Shown piece by piece: positions 25,121 through 32,000 of a stretch of 32,000 bases of DNA. The notes under the pieces were generated by a model. It saw only the letters and a program-made list of their open reading frames with translations. It did no database searches and was not told the DNA's origin. A program made the translations under genes and the position numbers. This DNA is from Candidatus Electronema aureum (GTDB lineage Bacteria; Desulfobacterota; Desulfobulbia; Desulfobulbales; Desulfobulbaceae), in contig NQJD01000003.1 in NCBI GenBank assembly GCA_004284765.1, forward strand, positions 90,451 to 122,450, in the 5' to 3' direction. Position 1 is the first letter of the stretch. Every line of letters begins with the position of its first letter.

Positions 25121-25702
25121 ATGCGTATCACCGGCGGCACCGCCAGAGGCCGCAATCTTGCCGGGCCGAAATCAGGCATCATTCGTCCAACCAGCGACCG
25201 AGTCCGCGAGGCTCTGTTCAGCATCATCGCCGCAGAAGTCCCTGGCAGCACGGTGTTGGATTTATACGCAGGCACCGGTGCCTTTGGCTTGGAGGCGTTG
25301 AGTCGGGGCGCAGCGGCAGCGGTGTTCGTTGATCAGTCGAAACAGGCCGTGGCATTGATTCAGGAGAATCTCAGTCGCTGCTTTGCCGGAGCCAAGGCTG
25401 CGCTGCTTCAAGTTGACCTTGCCGGGCCTGACAGTCTGGCCCGGCTGAAGAACCGCCTGCCCGCCGAAATGCTCTTCGACCTGATCTTTCTTGATCCGCC
25501 CTATGAAAAAAACTTGGCCGAGAAGACCTTGGCAGCGATTGAGCAAGAAACACTGCTGCAAGAAAGCGGTCTGCTGATTGCCGAAGAGCGGAAGACTGCC
25601 CGGCTGCCAGAGCAATGCGGCTCGTTGCGGCTCGTTGATCAGCGCAGCTACGGCGAAACCGGCCTTTGGTTTTATCGACAAGAGGCGGTGGAGAACAAAT
25701 GA
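25121..25702 (+). CDS. rsmD: 16S rRNA (guanine966-N2)-methyltransferase
   Basis: It reads MRITGGTARGR.L..P....IRPTSDRVREALF, then VLDLYAGTGAFGLEALSRGA and the DPPY motif (FLDPPYE). Confidence 0.85.
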   Translation: MRITGGTARGRNLAGPKSGIIRPTSDRVREALFSIIAAEVPGSTVLDLYAGTGAFGLEALSRGAAAAVFVDQSKQAVALIQENLSRCFAGAKAALLQVDLAGPDSLARLKNRLPAEMLFDLIFLDPPYEKNLAEKTLAAIEQETLLQESGLLIAEERKTARLPEQCGSLRLVDQRSYGETGLWFYRQEAVENK

Positions 25703-26190
25703 ACAAAGCCGCCCGCATCGCCGTCTATCCCGGCACGTTTGACCCAATTACCAACGGACATATCGACATCATCACCCGTTCGCTGCGGATGTTTGATCGG
25801 GTGATTGTCGCCATCGCGGTCAATGCAGCGAAAACGCCGCTGTTCAGCTTGGAAGAACGAATCGGCCTGATTCAGACCTGCTTTGCCGCTAACGAACGGG
25901 TGGAGATCGACACGACCAGTGGCCTGATCGTCAATTACGTGGTCAGCAAAAACGCCTGCGCCATCGTACGTGGCCTACGGGCAGTCTCGGATTTTGATTA
26001 CGAACTCCAGCTTGCTCTGATGAATCGCAAGCTCGAACGCCGGGTGGAAACAGTCTTCCTGATGACCGGCTTCCGCTGGATTTACATCAGCTCATCGATC
26101 ATCAAAGATGCGGCACGGTATGGCGGCGATATCAGCGGCATGGTTCCGGCCCATGTGCTGGCTGCGCTCAGGGCCAAATTCGGCAGATGA
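25699..26190 (+). CDS. coaD: Phosphopantetheine adenylyltransferase
   Basis: IAVYPGTFDPITNGHIDII is the classic CoaD N-terminus. ATG 25699 overlaps the rsmD stop as ATGA. The track start, 25666, adds 11 aa that are probably not part of the protein. Confidence 0.9.
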   Translation: MNKAARIAVYPGTFDPITNGHIDIITRSLRMFDRVIVAIAVNAAKTPLFSLEERIGLIQTCFAANERVEIDTTSGLIVNYVVSKNACAIVRGLRAVSDFDYELQLALMNRKLERRVETVFLMTGFRWIYISSSIIKDAARYGGDISGMVPAHVLAALRAKFGR

Positions 26191-26627
26191 AACCCTGCGA
26201 CTGCCAACAAGAAGAGCGGCGGAGCTTTATCACCGGCCTTGTTCGCTGGGCCGCTGCCCTGACCGGCGCAGCTCTGATTCATCCCTTGCTCAAATTCAGC
26301 GGCTACACAGTCAAACCTAAGCCGCGCTATGTGAAAGTGGCCGCGCCACTGCCGAGAAGCGGGGTTCATGCCGAACGAGAATTTTTCCTCTTTGCCTCGT
26401 CAGACCGCCAGCAGGCATGGGCAGTGTCGCGCACCTGCACCCATCTTGGCTGCCGGGTGAATTTCCTTGAAGATAAACAACTCATTGAATGCCCTTGCCA
26501 CCAAAGCCGCTTCACGCCGCAGGGAGCGCGGTTAGCCGGACCTGCGCAGAAGAATCTGCCGGTATTCAAGGTGGAGGTACAGAAAGATGAGACCAGCACA
26601 GTGACCGGTTACGTGGTGGAAATCTGA
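26187..26627 (+). CDS. Rieske [2Fe-2S] protein with a Tat-like signal
   Basis: The two cluster boxes are CTHLGCRV and CPCHQSRF. The N-terminus RRSFITGLV looks like a twin-arginine motif. There is an ATGA overlap with coaD (26187-26190). Confidence 0.8.
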   Translation: MKPCDCQQEERRSFITGLVRWAAALTGAALIHPLLKFSGYTVKPKPRYVKVAAPLPRSGVHAEREFFLFASSDRQQAWAVSRTCTHLGCRVNFLEDKQLIECPCHQSRFTPQGARLAGPAQKNLPVFKVEVQKDETSTVTGYVVEI

Positions 26628-27466
26628 TGGCGGTGAAAAACTGGCTGTTTTCCATCCGTTGGGGCGGTCATACGCTGATCAGCCTCTACATCTCGGTGCT
26701 GTCCGGCTTAGTGCTGGGCTTGCAGTACAATCCGGCGGAACCCTTCTATTCCACGGCAACTCTTCAGCTCGCTGTGCCCTTCGGCTTCTTCTGGCGTTCG
26801 CTCCATTATTGCTCCAGCCAAGCGTTTTTCCTACTCCTGCTCGTTCATCTGGTACTGGTCATTTGGCAGAATACCGCCCAGTTCTCTCGCACTGAATGGT
26901 TGCGGTTGAGCGCAGTTGCGCCCGTTGCTCTGCTGCTGCTTTTCACTGGGTACATCCTGCGCGGCGATGCAACTGGCGATGCTGCCGGAGCCATCAGCGA
27001 GAATATCGTTCTTTCCATTCCATTATTCGGCAAGCCGCTGAACAAGCTGCTTTTTGATATCAGCGCAGCAGGACTGCGGAAGGTTTATCTCCATCATATC
27101 ATAGGGCTGATGTTACTGGGTGGCTTCTGCGTTTGGCCGCACCTCAGACGCTACACCACCCTCTGGCGTAATCATCTGCCATTAGTACTGCTGATCTTAG
27201 CAGCGGCAGTTGGTCTCAAAATTCCCCTTGAGCCGGAACGATTTGGTCTGCTCCACATTGCCGGGCCGTGGTTCTTCATTGGCATGCAGGAGTTGCTGCG
27301 CTATCTGCCTGCGTTCTGGGCTGGAATATTTGTTCCGGCGGTGCTGACGATTCCCCTGCTTTTGTTGCCTGCTGAGGGTAAGGTGAGAAGATGGTGCTTG
27401 CTCTTTATAGCAGTTTGGCTGCTTGGGTATAGTGTGTTGAGCGGCTTCGGCTGGACAATGTTGTGA
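26627..27466 (+). CDS. Cytochrome b (N-terminal-type, b/b6-like) membrane subunit
   Basis: The protein is polytopic. It has the expected His pairs (RSLHYCSSQAFFLLLLVHL; VYLHHIIGLML...WPHL) and an FTGYILRGD segment matching the cytochrome b GY.LP region. It shares a TGATG overlap with the Rieske gene. Confidence 0.65.
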   Translation: MAVKNWLFSIRWGGHTLISLYISVLSGLVLGLQYNPAEPFYSTATLQLAVPFGFFWRSLHYCSSQAFFLLLLVHLVLVIWQNTAQFSRTEWLRLSAVAPVALLLLFTGYILRGDATGDAAGAISENIVLSIPLFGKPLNKLLFDISAAGLRKVYLHHIIGLMLLGGFCVWPHLRRYTTLWRNHLPLVLLILAAAVGLKIPLEPERFGLLHIAGPWFFIGMQELLRYLPAFWAGIFVPAVLTIPLLLLPAEGKVRRWCLLFIAVWLLGYSVLSGFGWTML

Positions 27467-27475
27467 CCGTAGGCG

Positions 27476-28611
27476 TTATCTTTTCAAAAAAATAGAGATT
27501 GCTTCGGCGAAACGCTTGAGATAAAGCAGCGGCAGGGCGGATTTTTCTTTCTTGCCATATCGCCAAAGCATGAATTCTGGCGGCGGAAAGGCATTTTGAA
27601 AAAGAAAGCGCAAACGCTCGCGCCACGTAGGAAGACCTTTCAGCTCCAGCAGAGCATGATTCTTGATACCAACCTGTCTGCCGCCCGGCTGAAGCAGGCT
27701 AGTAAAGGTTTCAGTCTCCGCCTTTTCTCGCAGCAACGCCGCTAATTCTTTCTGAAGAATTGTGTTGAACCAAGATTGCGCCACAACGATTGCATCGGCG
27801 CATAAGGCGGTTATTTCAAGCTGCTTGGCCTTGCTGCAAAATGCCTTTGTCTCCTGCTCCGTCAGGGTTTGGCAGAGCAGATGGATATCGTACAGCCAGA
27901 TCAGTCGGTCGCCGCTGTGGGAAAAATGTCCGGCCCGATGAAAACAGGCATAGATAAGACTGTCAACTCGGCTTAACGTGCGGGCATGTTTTCCCAAAGC
28001 GGGGATGTTGATAGCTGCGGTCAGCAGGTTACTGTCAGCGAATTTGCTGCTGAACTGCCTGTTATTGTTGCTGATCTGCCAATGTAGATCATAGCTGCAA
28101 CGAACGCCCTGTACGACTTTAGAGTAACTTTTCTGCGAACCGAGATATTCTGATTCCACCTCAAGCAGGGGCGTATATCCTATCCGTAGCAGTAGAGTCG
28201 CAGCATTTTTCCGTTCGGATTCTGCAACAAGCAGGTCGGTGTCGCAGTGAGGGCGCAGCCAAGGTTCGGGATAGAGACTGTATGCCAAAGCGGTTCCCTT
28301 GAGCAGCAACAGCCTGATCCCGATCTCGGCAAATGCCTTCAGCAGGGCGCGCGAAGATCAGTCTCGATCACGGATTCGGCTGCTGCTTGGCGTAAGGCTG
28401 CTTCCCGTAGGCGTTCCAATACCACAGAAGGCCAAGTGACTTGGCAGTTGTTCTTGGTGATTCTGTGGAACAGAAGTGGAACCATGCCCTGCGCGGCGAT
28501 TTCCTGAATAAACACATCAGTAGACAGCCCACTGGGCCAAGAAACTGCGTCATCGTGAAACAGCTTGCGCAGCTGCTCAACGTTTTCAGGGCGCAGATTA
28601 TGGAAGGTCAT
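27476..28611 (-). pseudogene. Uncharacterised nucleotidyltransferase (NTP_transf_5-like), split by a -1 frameshift near 28340-28365
   Basis: The 90-aa ORF (28339..28611) ends ...ETDLRAPC*. The 277-aa ORF (27476..28309, TTG in the track) stays open upstream in another frame as ...SSRALLKAFAEIGIRLLLLKGTALAYSLYP...CDTDLLV. The two pieces together form one typical family protein. The upstream start is ATGA-coupled to the dehydratase stop. Confidence 0.6.
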
Positions 28612-30461
28612 TTCAGGCTGTTCAAATCGGGCTTATATTCCGGCACCCAAATTTTCAGCTGGCGTTTCACTGCGGTCTCGTCACGGATACCGGGATGCGC
28701 CATCCATGTCAGGCATTCGGTCTGCCAATTAACATCAGCGGACCTCGCTTTGGCTACTCGCAGCTTGGGATGTGAGGTGGGCAGGGTGGATTCATCATCG
28801 GCGAGTAATTCTTCATAGAGCTTTTCGCCCGGACGCAGGCCAGAGTACTCTATGAGGATGCTATCCTCATCCTCGCCGGACAGTTGAATCATCAGCTTGG
28901 CTAATTCGGCGATTTTGACTGGCTCGCCCATGTCGAGGACGAAAATTTCACCGCCCTTGCCCATTAAACCCGCCTGAAGCACCAACTGGGCAGCTTCGGG
29001 AATTGACATAAAATAACGGGTGATTTCCGGGTGAGTCACTGTCACTGGCCCACCTGCGGCAATTTGCTTCTGAAATTTAGGAATTACGCTGCCGGAAGAA
29101 CCGAGGACATTGCCGAAGCGTACTGAGATAAACCGGGTACCCTCCGGCTGCTGCATAGCTTGGCAGGCCATTTCGGCTAATCGCTTGGTTGCACCCATCA
29201 CATTGGTTGGGTTGACCGCCTTGTCTGTGGAGATCATTACAAACTTGCCAACCCCACATTCCTGCGCTGCCGCCGCAACTGTCTGGGTGCCCAGCACGTT
29301 GTTGCGCACCGCTTCCCAAGCATTGCTATTCTCCATGAGTGGTACATGCTTATAAGCGGCAGCGTGAAACACTACCGTAGGGCGATGCTCGGCCATAACC
29401 TGACGCACCCGCGCTGCGTTGATAATGTCGCCGACTGCCAGAACAATGCGGAGATCAGGAAAACGCTGCGACAGCTCTTGCTCCATCGCGTACATCGCCA
29501 GTTCCGACTGATCGAGCAACACCAAACAGCTCGGTTTAAATCGTGCAATTTGACGACACAGTTCTGAGCCGATGGAACCACCCGCGCCAGTTATCAGTAC
29601 GGTTTGATCGGTCAGGAGGTCGTGCAAACCACTGTTGTCTAATTGAACCGGATCACGGCCCAGCAAGTCATCGAGTTCAATCCGGCGCAAGCTCGACACT
29701 GCCAGCTTACCAGAAACGAGGTCTTCAAAAGGCGGCACGGTCATTACGTTCAAACCAGCATCAGAACAAATTTGAGTAATCCGACGACGCACTCCGTGAG
29801 CGGCTGAGGGTAAGGCCAACACGATATTCTCAACGCCCATTTTTTCCGCCCAAACCGTTACTTCATCCAGTCGGCCTAACACAGGAATCCCCTGCACTAA
29901 CCGTCCTCGCTGGTCTAAGCTGTCATCCAGCAGGCCAACTGCGTGTAAGGTGACAGAACTGTGCGCCAGCTCACGCAGCAGCGAATCCGCTGTCTCGCCT
30001 GAACCAGCCACCAGCACGGGTTTGCTGTTTGGTCGCAGCAGGGCAGCCAAACGTTGTTCCTTCCAAATTCGGTAGGTCAGCCGACTGCCGCCCATAATAA
30101 GAATGAGCAGTAGTGGATCAAGAAGTAGCACGGAACGTGGTACCAGTGCATCAACCTGAAACAGAACCAATATTACCGGTACCAGCAGAGCGGTAAGTCC
30201 TACAGCCAGCACGATGCGTTGCAAATCAGGTAAACTGGCAAAACGCCATATCCCCCGATATAAATTGAAACGCCAAAATACGGCAGCTTGCAGAGGCAAA
30301 ACCCAAATCAAGGCGGCAAAGGCATCGTCTGCATACTGCGGCGGTAGGGATAGATTGAATCGCAGCCAGTAAGCGGCGAGCCAAGCAAGGATTGCCGCAA
30401 AAATGTCGTGCAGAATGATGGCGAGGATTCGGGAATTGGGCCTGGAGGAAAAGTGCTTCAT
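28608..30461 (-). CDS. Membrane-anchored polysaccharide biosynthesis protein, CapD/PglF/WbpM-like UDP-GlcNAc 4,6-dehydratase
   Basis: It has four N-terminal TM helices, then the Rossmann motif VLITGAGGSIGSEL and SDR-type catalytic regions (ISTDKAVNPTNVMGATKR). The track start, 30503, is TTG. ATG 30461 (MKHFSS...) forms an ATGA overlap with the aminotransferase stop. Confidence 0.85.
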   Translation of the reverse strand: MKHFSSRPNSRILAIILHDIFAAILAWLAAYWLRFNLSLPPQYADDAFAALIWVLPLQAAVFWRFNLYRGIWRFASLPDLQRIVLAVGLTALLVPVILVLFQVDALVPRSVLLLDPLLLILIMGGSRLTYRIWKEQRLAALLRPNSKPVLVAGSGETADSLLRELAHSSVTLHAVGLLDDSLDQRGRLVQGIPVLGRLDEVTVWAEKMGVENIVLALPSAAHGVRRRITQICSDAGLNVMTVPPFEDLVSGKLAVSSLRRIELDDLLGRDPVQLDNSGLHDLLTDQTVLITGAGGSIGSELCRQIARFKPSCLVLLDQSELAMYAMEQELSQRFPDLRIVLAVGDIINAARVRQVMAEHRPTVVFHAAAYKHVPLMENSNAWEAVRNNVLGTQTVAAAAQECGVGKFVMISTDKAVNPTNVMGATKRLAEMACQAMQQPEGTRFISVRFGNVLGSSGSVIPKFQKQIAAGGPVTVTHPEITRYFMSIPEAAQLVLQAGLMGKGGEIFVLDMGEPVKIAELAKLMIQLSGEDEDSILIEYSGLRPGEKLYEELLADDESTLPTSHPKLRVAKARSADVNWQTECLTWMAHPGIRDETAVKRQLKIWVPEYKPDLNSLK

Positions 30462-31636
30462 TGACAACCTGCAAGGTTCATAACTTCGCCCAGGACTGTA
30501 CAAGTTTTTTCGATGTCTGCATCGGCAAGCGTGGGATGTACAAGGAACATCAGGGATGTTTCTCCCAGTTCACGAGCTACGGAAAGCCGTTCAGCAGGTT
30601 GCCAGCCAGTGCCTTCAAAGGCTTTTTCGAGATAGACCTCTGAACACGACCCAGAATAGCAAGGTACGCCTCGCTCATTGATTTCTTTAATAATCAGGTC
30701 GCGTGACCAGCCAGATGATAGTTTATCGGGCTGCACATAGACATAGCATTTATAAGCTGCGTGTTCAATATCTGCGGGCAGTACAGGCACCCGCAAGGCA
30801 GGCAACATACGAGCGTACTCCCAGATACGATTTGCGTTTTTCAGCCGCGCTGTGTTCCATTCTTTCATCCTCCGAAGCTGTATCCTACCGATAACCGCCT
30901 GCATCTCCATCATCCGCCAGTTGGTGCCGAAGCTCTCGTGCAGCCAGCGAAAACCCGGAGGATGCTGCCGCTCATAAACCGCCTCGTAGCTCTTGCCGTG
31001 GTCTTTATACGACCACATCCTGCGCCACAGTCTTTCGTCATTGGTTGTGACCATCCCGCCTTCGCCGCCGGTGGTCATAATTTTGTCCTGACAGAATGAC
31101 CACGCGCCGATATGGCCGATAGAGCCAACCGATTGGCCTTTGTACCATGCACCATGGGCTTGAGCGCAGTCCTCAATCACCGCGAAACCGTGCTTTGTCG
31201 CTAAAGCCATAATCGGTTCCATATCGCAAGGCCAGCCTGCCAGATGTACACAGATAACTGCACGGGTGCGAGGCGATAGAACGCGGGCGATGGTGTTCGC
31301 AGAAATATTGCCGCTGTCCAATTCCACGTCTGCAAACACCGGCACTGCCCCGGCATTAACTACACAAGAAATGCTAGCGATGAAAGTGCGGGGCGTGACT
31401 ACCACTTCATCGCCGGGGCCGATATCTAACGCTTTTAAAGCCAGATCAAGGGCAACAGTGCCGTTGGCAAGAACAATGGCATAACGGGTTCCTGTCCAAA
31501 CTGCAAACTCCTTTTCAAACTCCCGGCATTCTTGTCCAGTCCAGTAATTAACTTTGTTGGAAAGGAGGATATCGCGGACGGCATCAGCTTCTTCTTTGGT
31601 GAAGGAGGGCCAATGGGAGAACGAAGTATTTTGCAT
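30458..31636 (-). CDS. DegT/DnrJ/EryC1/StrS-family PLP-dependent sugar aminotransferase
   Basis: A 392-aa ORF with family motifs (VNYWTG, ANGTVALDLAL, EDCAQAHGA) and the PLP-Lys region SFCQDKIMTTGEGGM. Confidence 0.85.
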   Translation of the reverse strand: MQNTSFSHWPSFTKEEADAVRDILLSNKVNYWTGQECREFEKEFAVWTGTRYAIVLANGTVALDLALKALDIGPGDEVVVTPRTFIASISCVVNAGAVPVFADVELDSGNISANTIARVLSPRTRAVICVHLAGWPCDMEPIMALATKHGFAVIEDCAQAHGAWYKGQSVGSIGHIGAWSFCQDKIMTTGGEGGMVTTNDERLWRRMWSYKDHGKSYEAVYERQHPPGFRWLHESFGTNWRMMEMQAVIGRIQLRRMKEWNTARLKNANRIWEYARMLPALRVPVLPADIEHAAYKCYVYVQPDKLSSGWSRDLIIKEINERGVPCYSGSCSEVYLEKAFEGTGWQPAERLSVARELGETSLMFLVHPTLADADIEKTCTVLGEVMNLAGCQ

Positions 31637-31645
31637 GGATTTTCT

Positions 31646-31761
31646 TAGGAGTTACGCAGTTGAAATCTGAAGTTCAATAATTACAGCAAGTTGAATTTCA
31701 GCTACATAAACTGCCAGTTGAACAAAATCAACGAGTTGCAAATCCAACTGCGTAACTCCTA
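31646..31761. repeat. 17-bp perfect inverted repeat enclosing four TTCAACT-like direct repeats
   Basis: TAGGAGTTACGCAGTTG (31646-31662) matches the reverse complement CAACTGCGTAACTCCTA (31745-31761). The 82-nt loop contains AGTTGAA at 31659, 31689 and 31716 and AGTTGCA at 31734 (plus-strand reading). The left arm ends 9 nt from the aminotransferase ATG. Confidence 0.7.
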
Positions 31762-31769
31762 TTTCTGTT

Positions 31770-32000
31770 ACCTAATGTGCAACTCTTTTAAACTTGATTA
31801 GGCAGCAATCAAGCCATCCAAGTCAAGTGGAGGGCGGTTATAGACCAAATTAAGGAAGACACAAACAGTGTGCGCCAAAATTTTACGAATCAGACGGTGT
31901 TGAAAATGCCAAAGATCGTGTACACGAATCTGATCTATTTTGAAACGTTTCGTCAACTGTGAGCCTACTGTTTCGATACGCTTTCTGATACGTCTACAGA
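31770..32000 (-). mobile_element. End of an IS982-like insertion sequence (continues past the window edge)
   Basis: The terminal IR ACCTAATGTGCAACTCTT (31770-31787) is identical to the MITE ends. It starts with AC, as I recall for IS982-family ends. The transposase ORF stops 10 nt inside the IR. Confidence 0.6.
31798..32000 (-). CDS. DDE transposase, C-terminal fragment (IS982-like); 5' part outside window
   Basis: It is not in the ORF track. My translation of the minus strand reads ...IETVGSQLTKRFKIDQIRVHDLWHFQHRLIRKILAHTVCVFLNLVYNRPPLDLDGLIAA*. The IETV..QL segment and the AHT...FLN tail resemble the catalytic-E region and C-terminus of IS982/IS4-type transposases. Confidence 0.55.
   Translation of the reverse strand, partial: CRRIRKRIETVGSQLTKRFKIDQIRVHDLWHFQHRLIRKILAHTVCVFLNLVYNRPPLDLDGLIAA

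Overview
This window looks like chromosomal DNA from a moderately GC-rich anaerobe. The gene content (CGGC-domain protein, YkgJ Cys-cluster proteins, a small Rieske/cytochrome b pair) resembles Desulfobacterota, but that is a weak inference. All domain calls come from reading motifs in the supplied translations and in my own reverse-complement translations. No database search was run.

Layout:
(1) 1-10.35 kb holds mixed housekeeping and accessory genes. These are a secreted tandem-repeat protein missing from the ORF track, a hydantoinase-family protein, two tandem YkgJ paralogs plus an HD hydrolase, a CGGC protein, an ArnT-like glycosyltransferase and cobL. A 387-bp MITE-like element with an 8-bp target-site duplication also sits here.
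(2) 10.4-24.0 kb is a visibly AT-richer accessory block. It starts with an orphan cassette of three unrecognisable genes (10.5-12.6 kb). A 10-gene minus-strand operon follows (12.9-23.9 kb). In transcription order it encodes a small FHA-like protein, TerD, TerD, TerY-vWA, AIM24, TerY-vWA, vWA+TerY-C zinc finger, PP2C phosphatase, a Ser/Thr kinase with a Zn-ribbon/FHA-like tail, and a Ca2+-type P-type ATPase. This operon is my best candidate for the novel system. It combines a TerY-P-type phospho-signalling triad with Ca2+-binding TerD proteins and a Ca2+ pump, and it lacks TerA/B/C/TelA.
(3) 24.3-27.5 kb is a pssA-rsmD-coaD-Rieske-cytochrome b operon.
(4) 27.5-31.6 kb is a minus-strand sugar-nucleotide cluster. 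It holds a DegT aminotransferase, a CapD/PglF-like dehydratase and a frameshifted nucleotidyltransferase.
(5) 31.77-32.0 kb is the end of an IS982-like element. Its 18-bp terminal inverted repeat is identical to the MITE ends.
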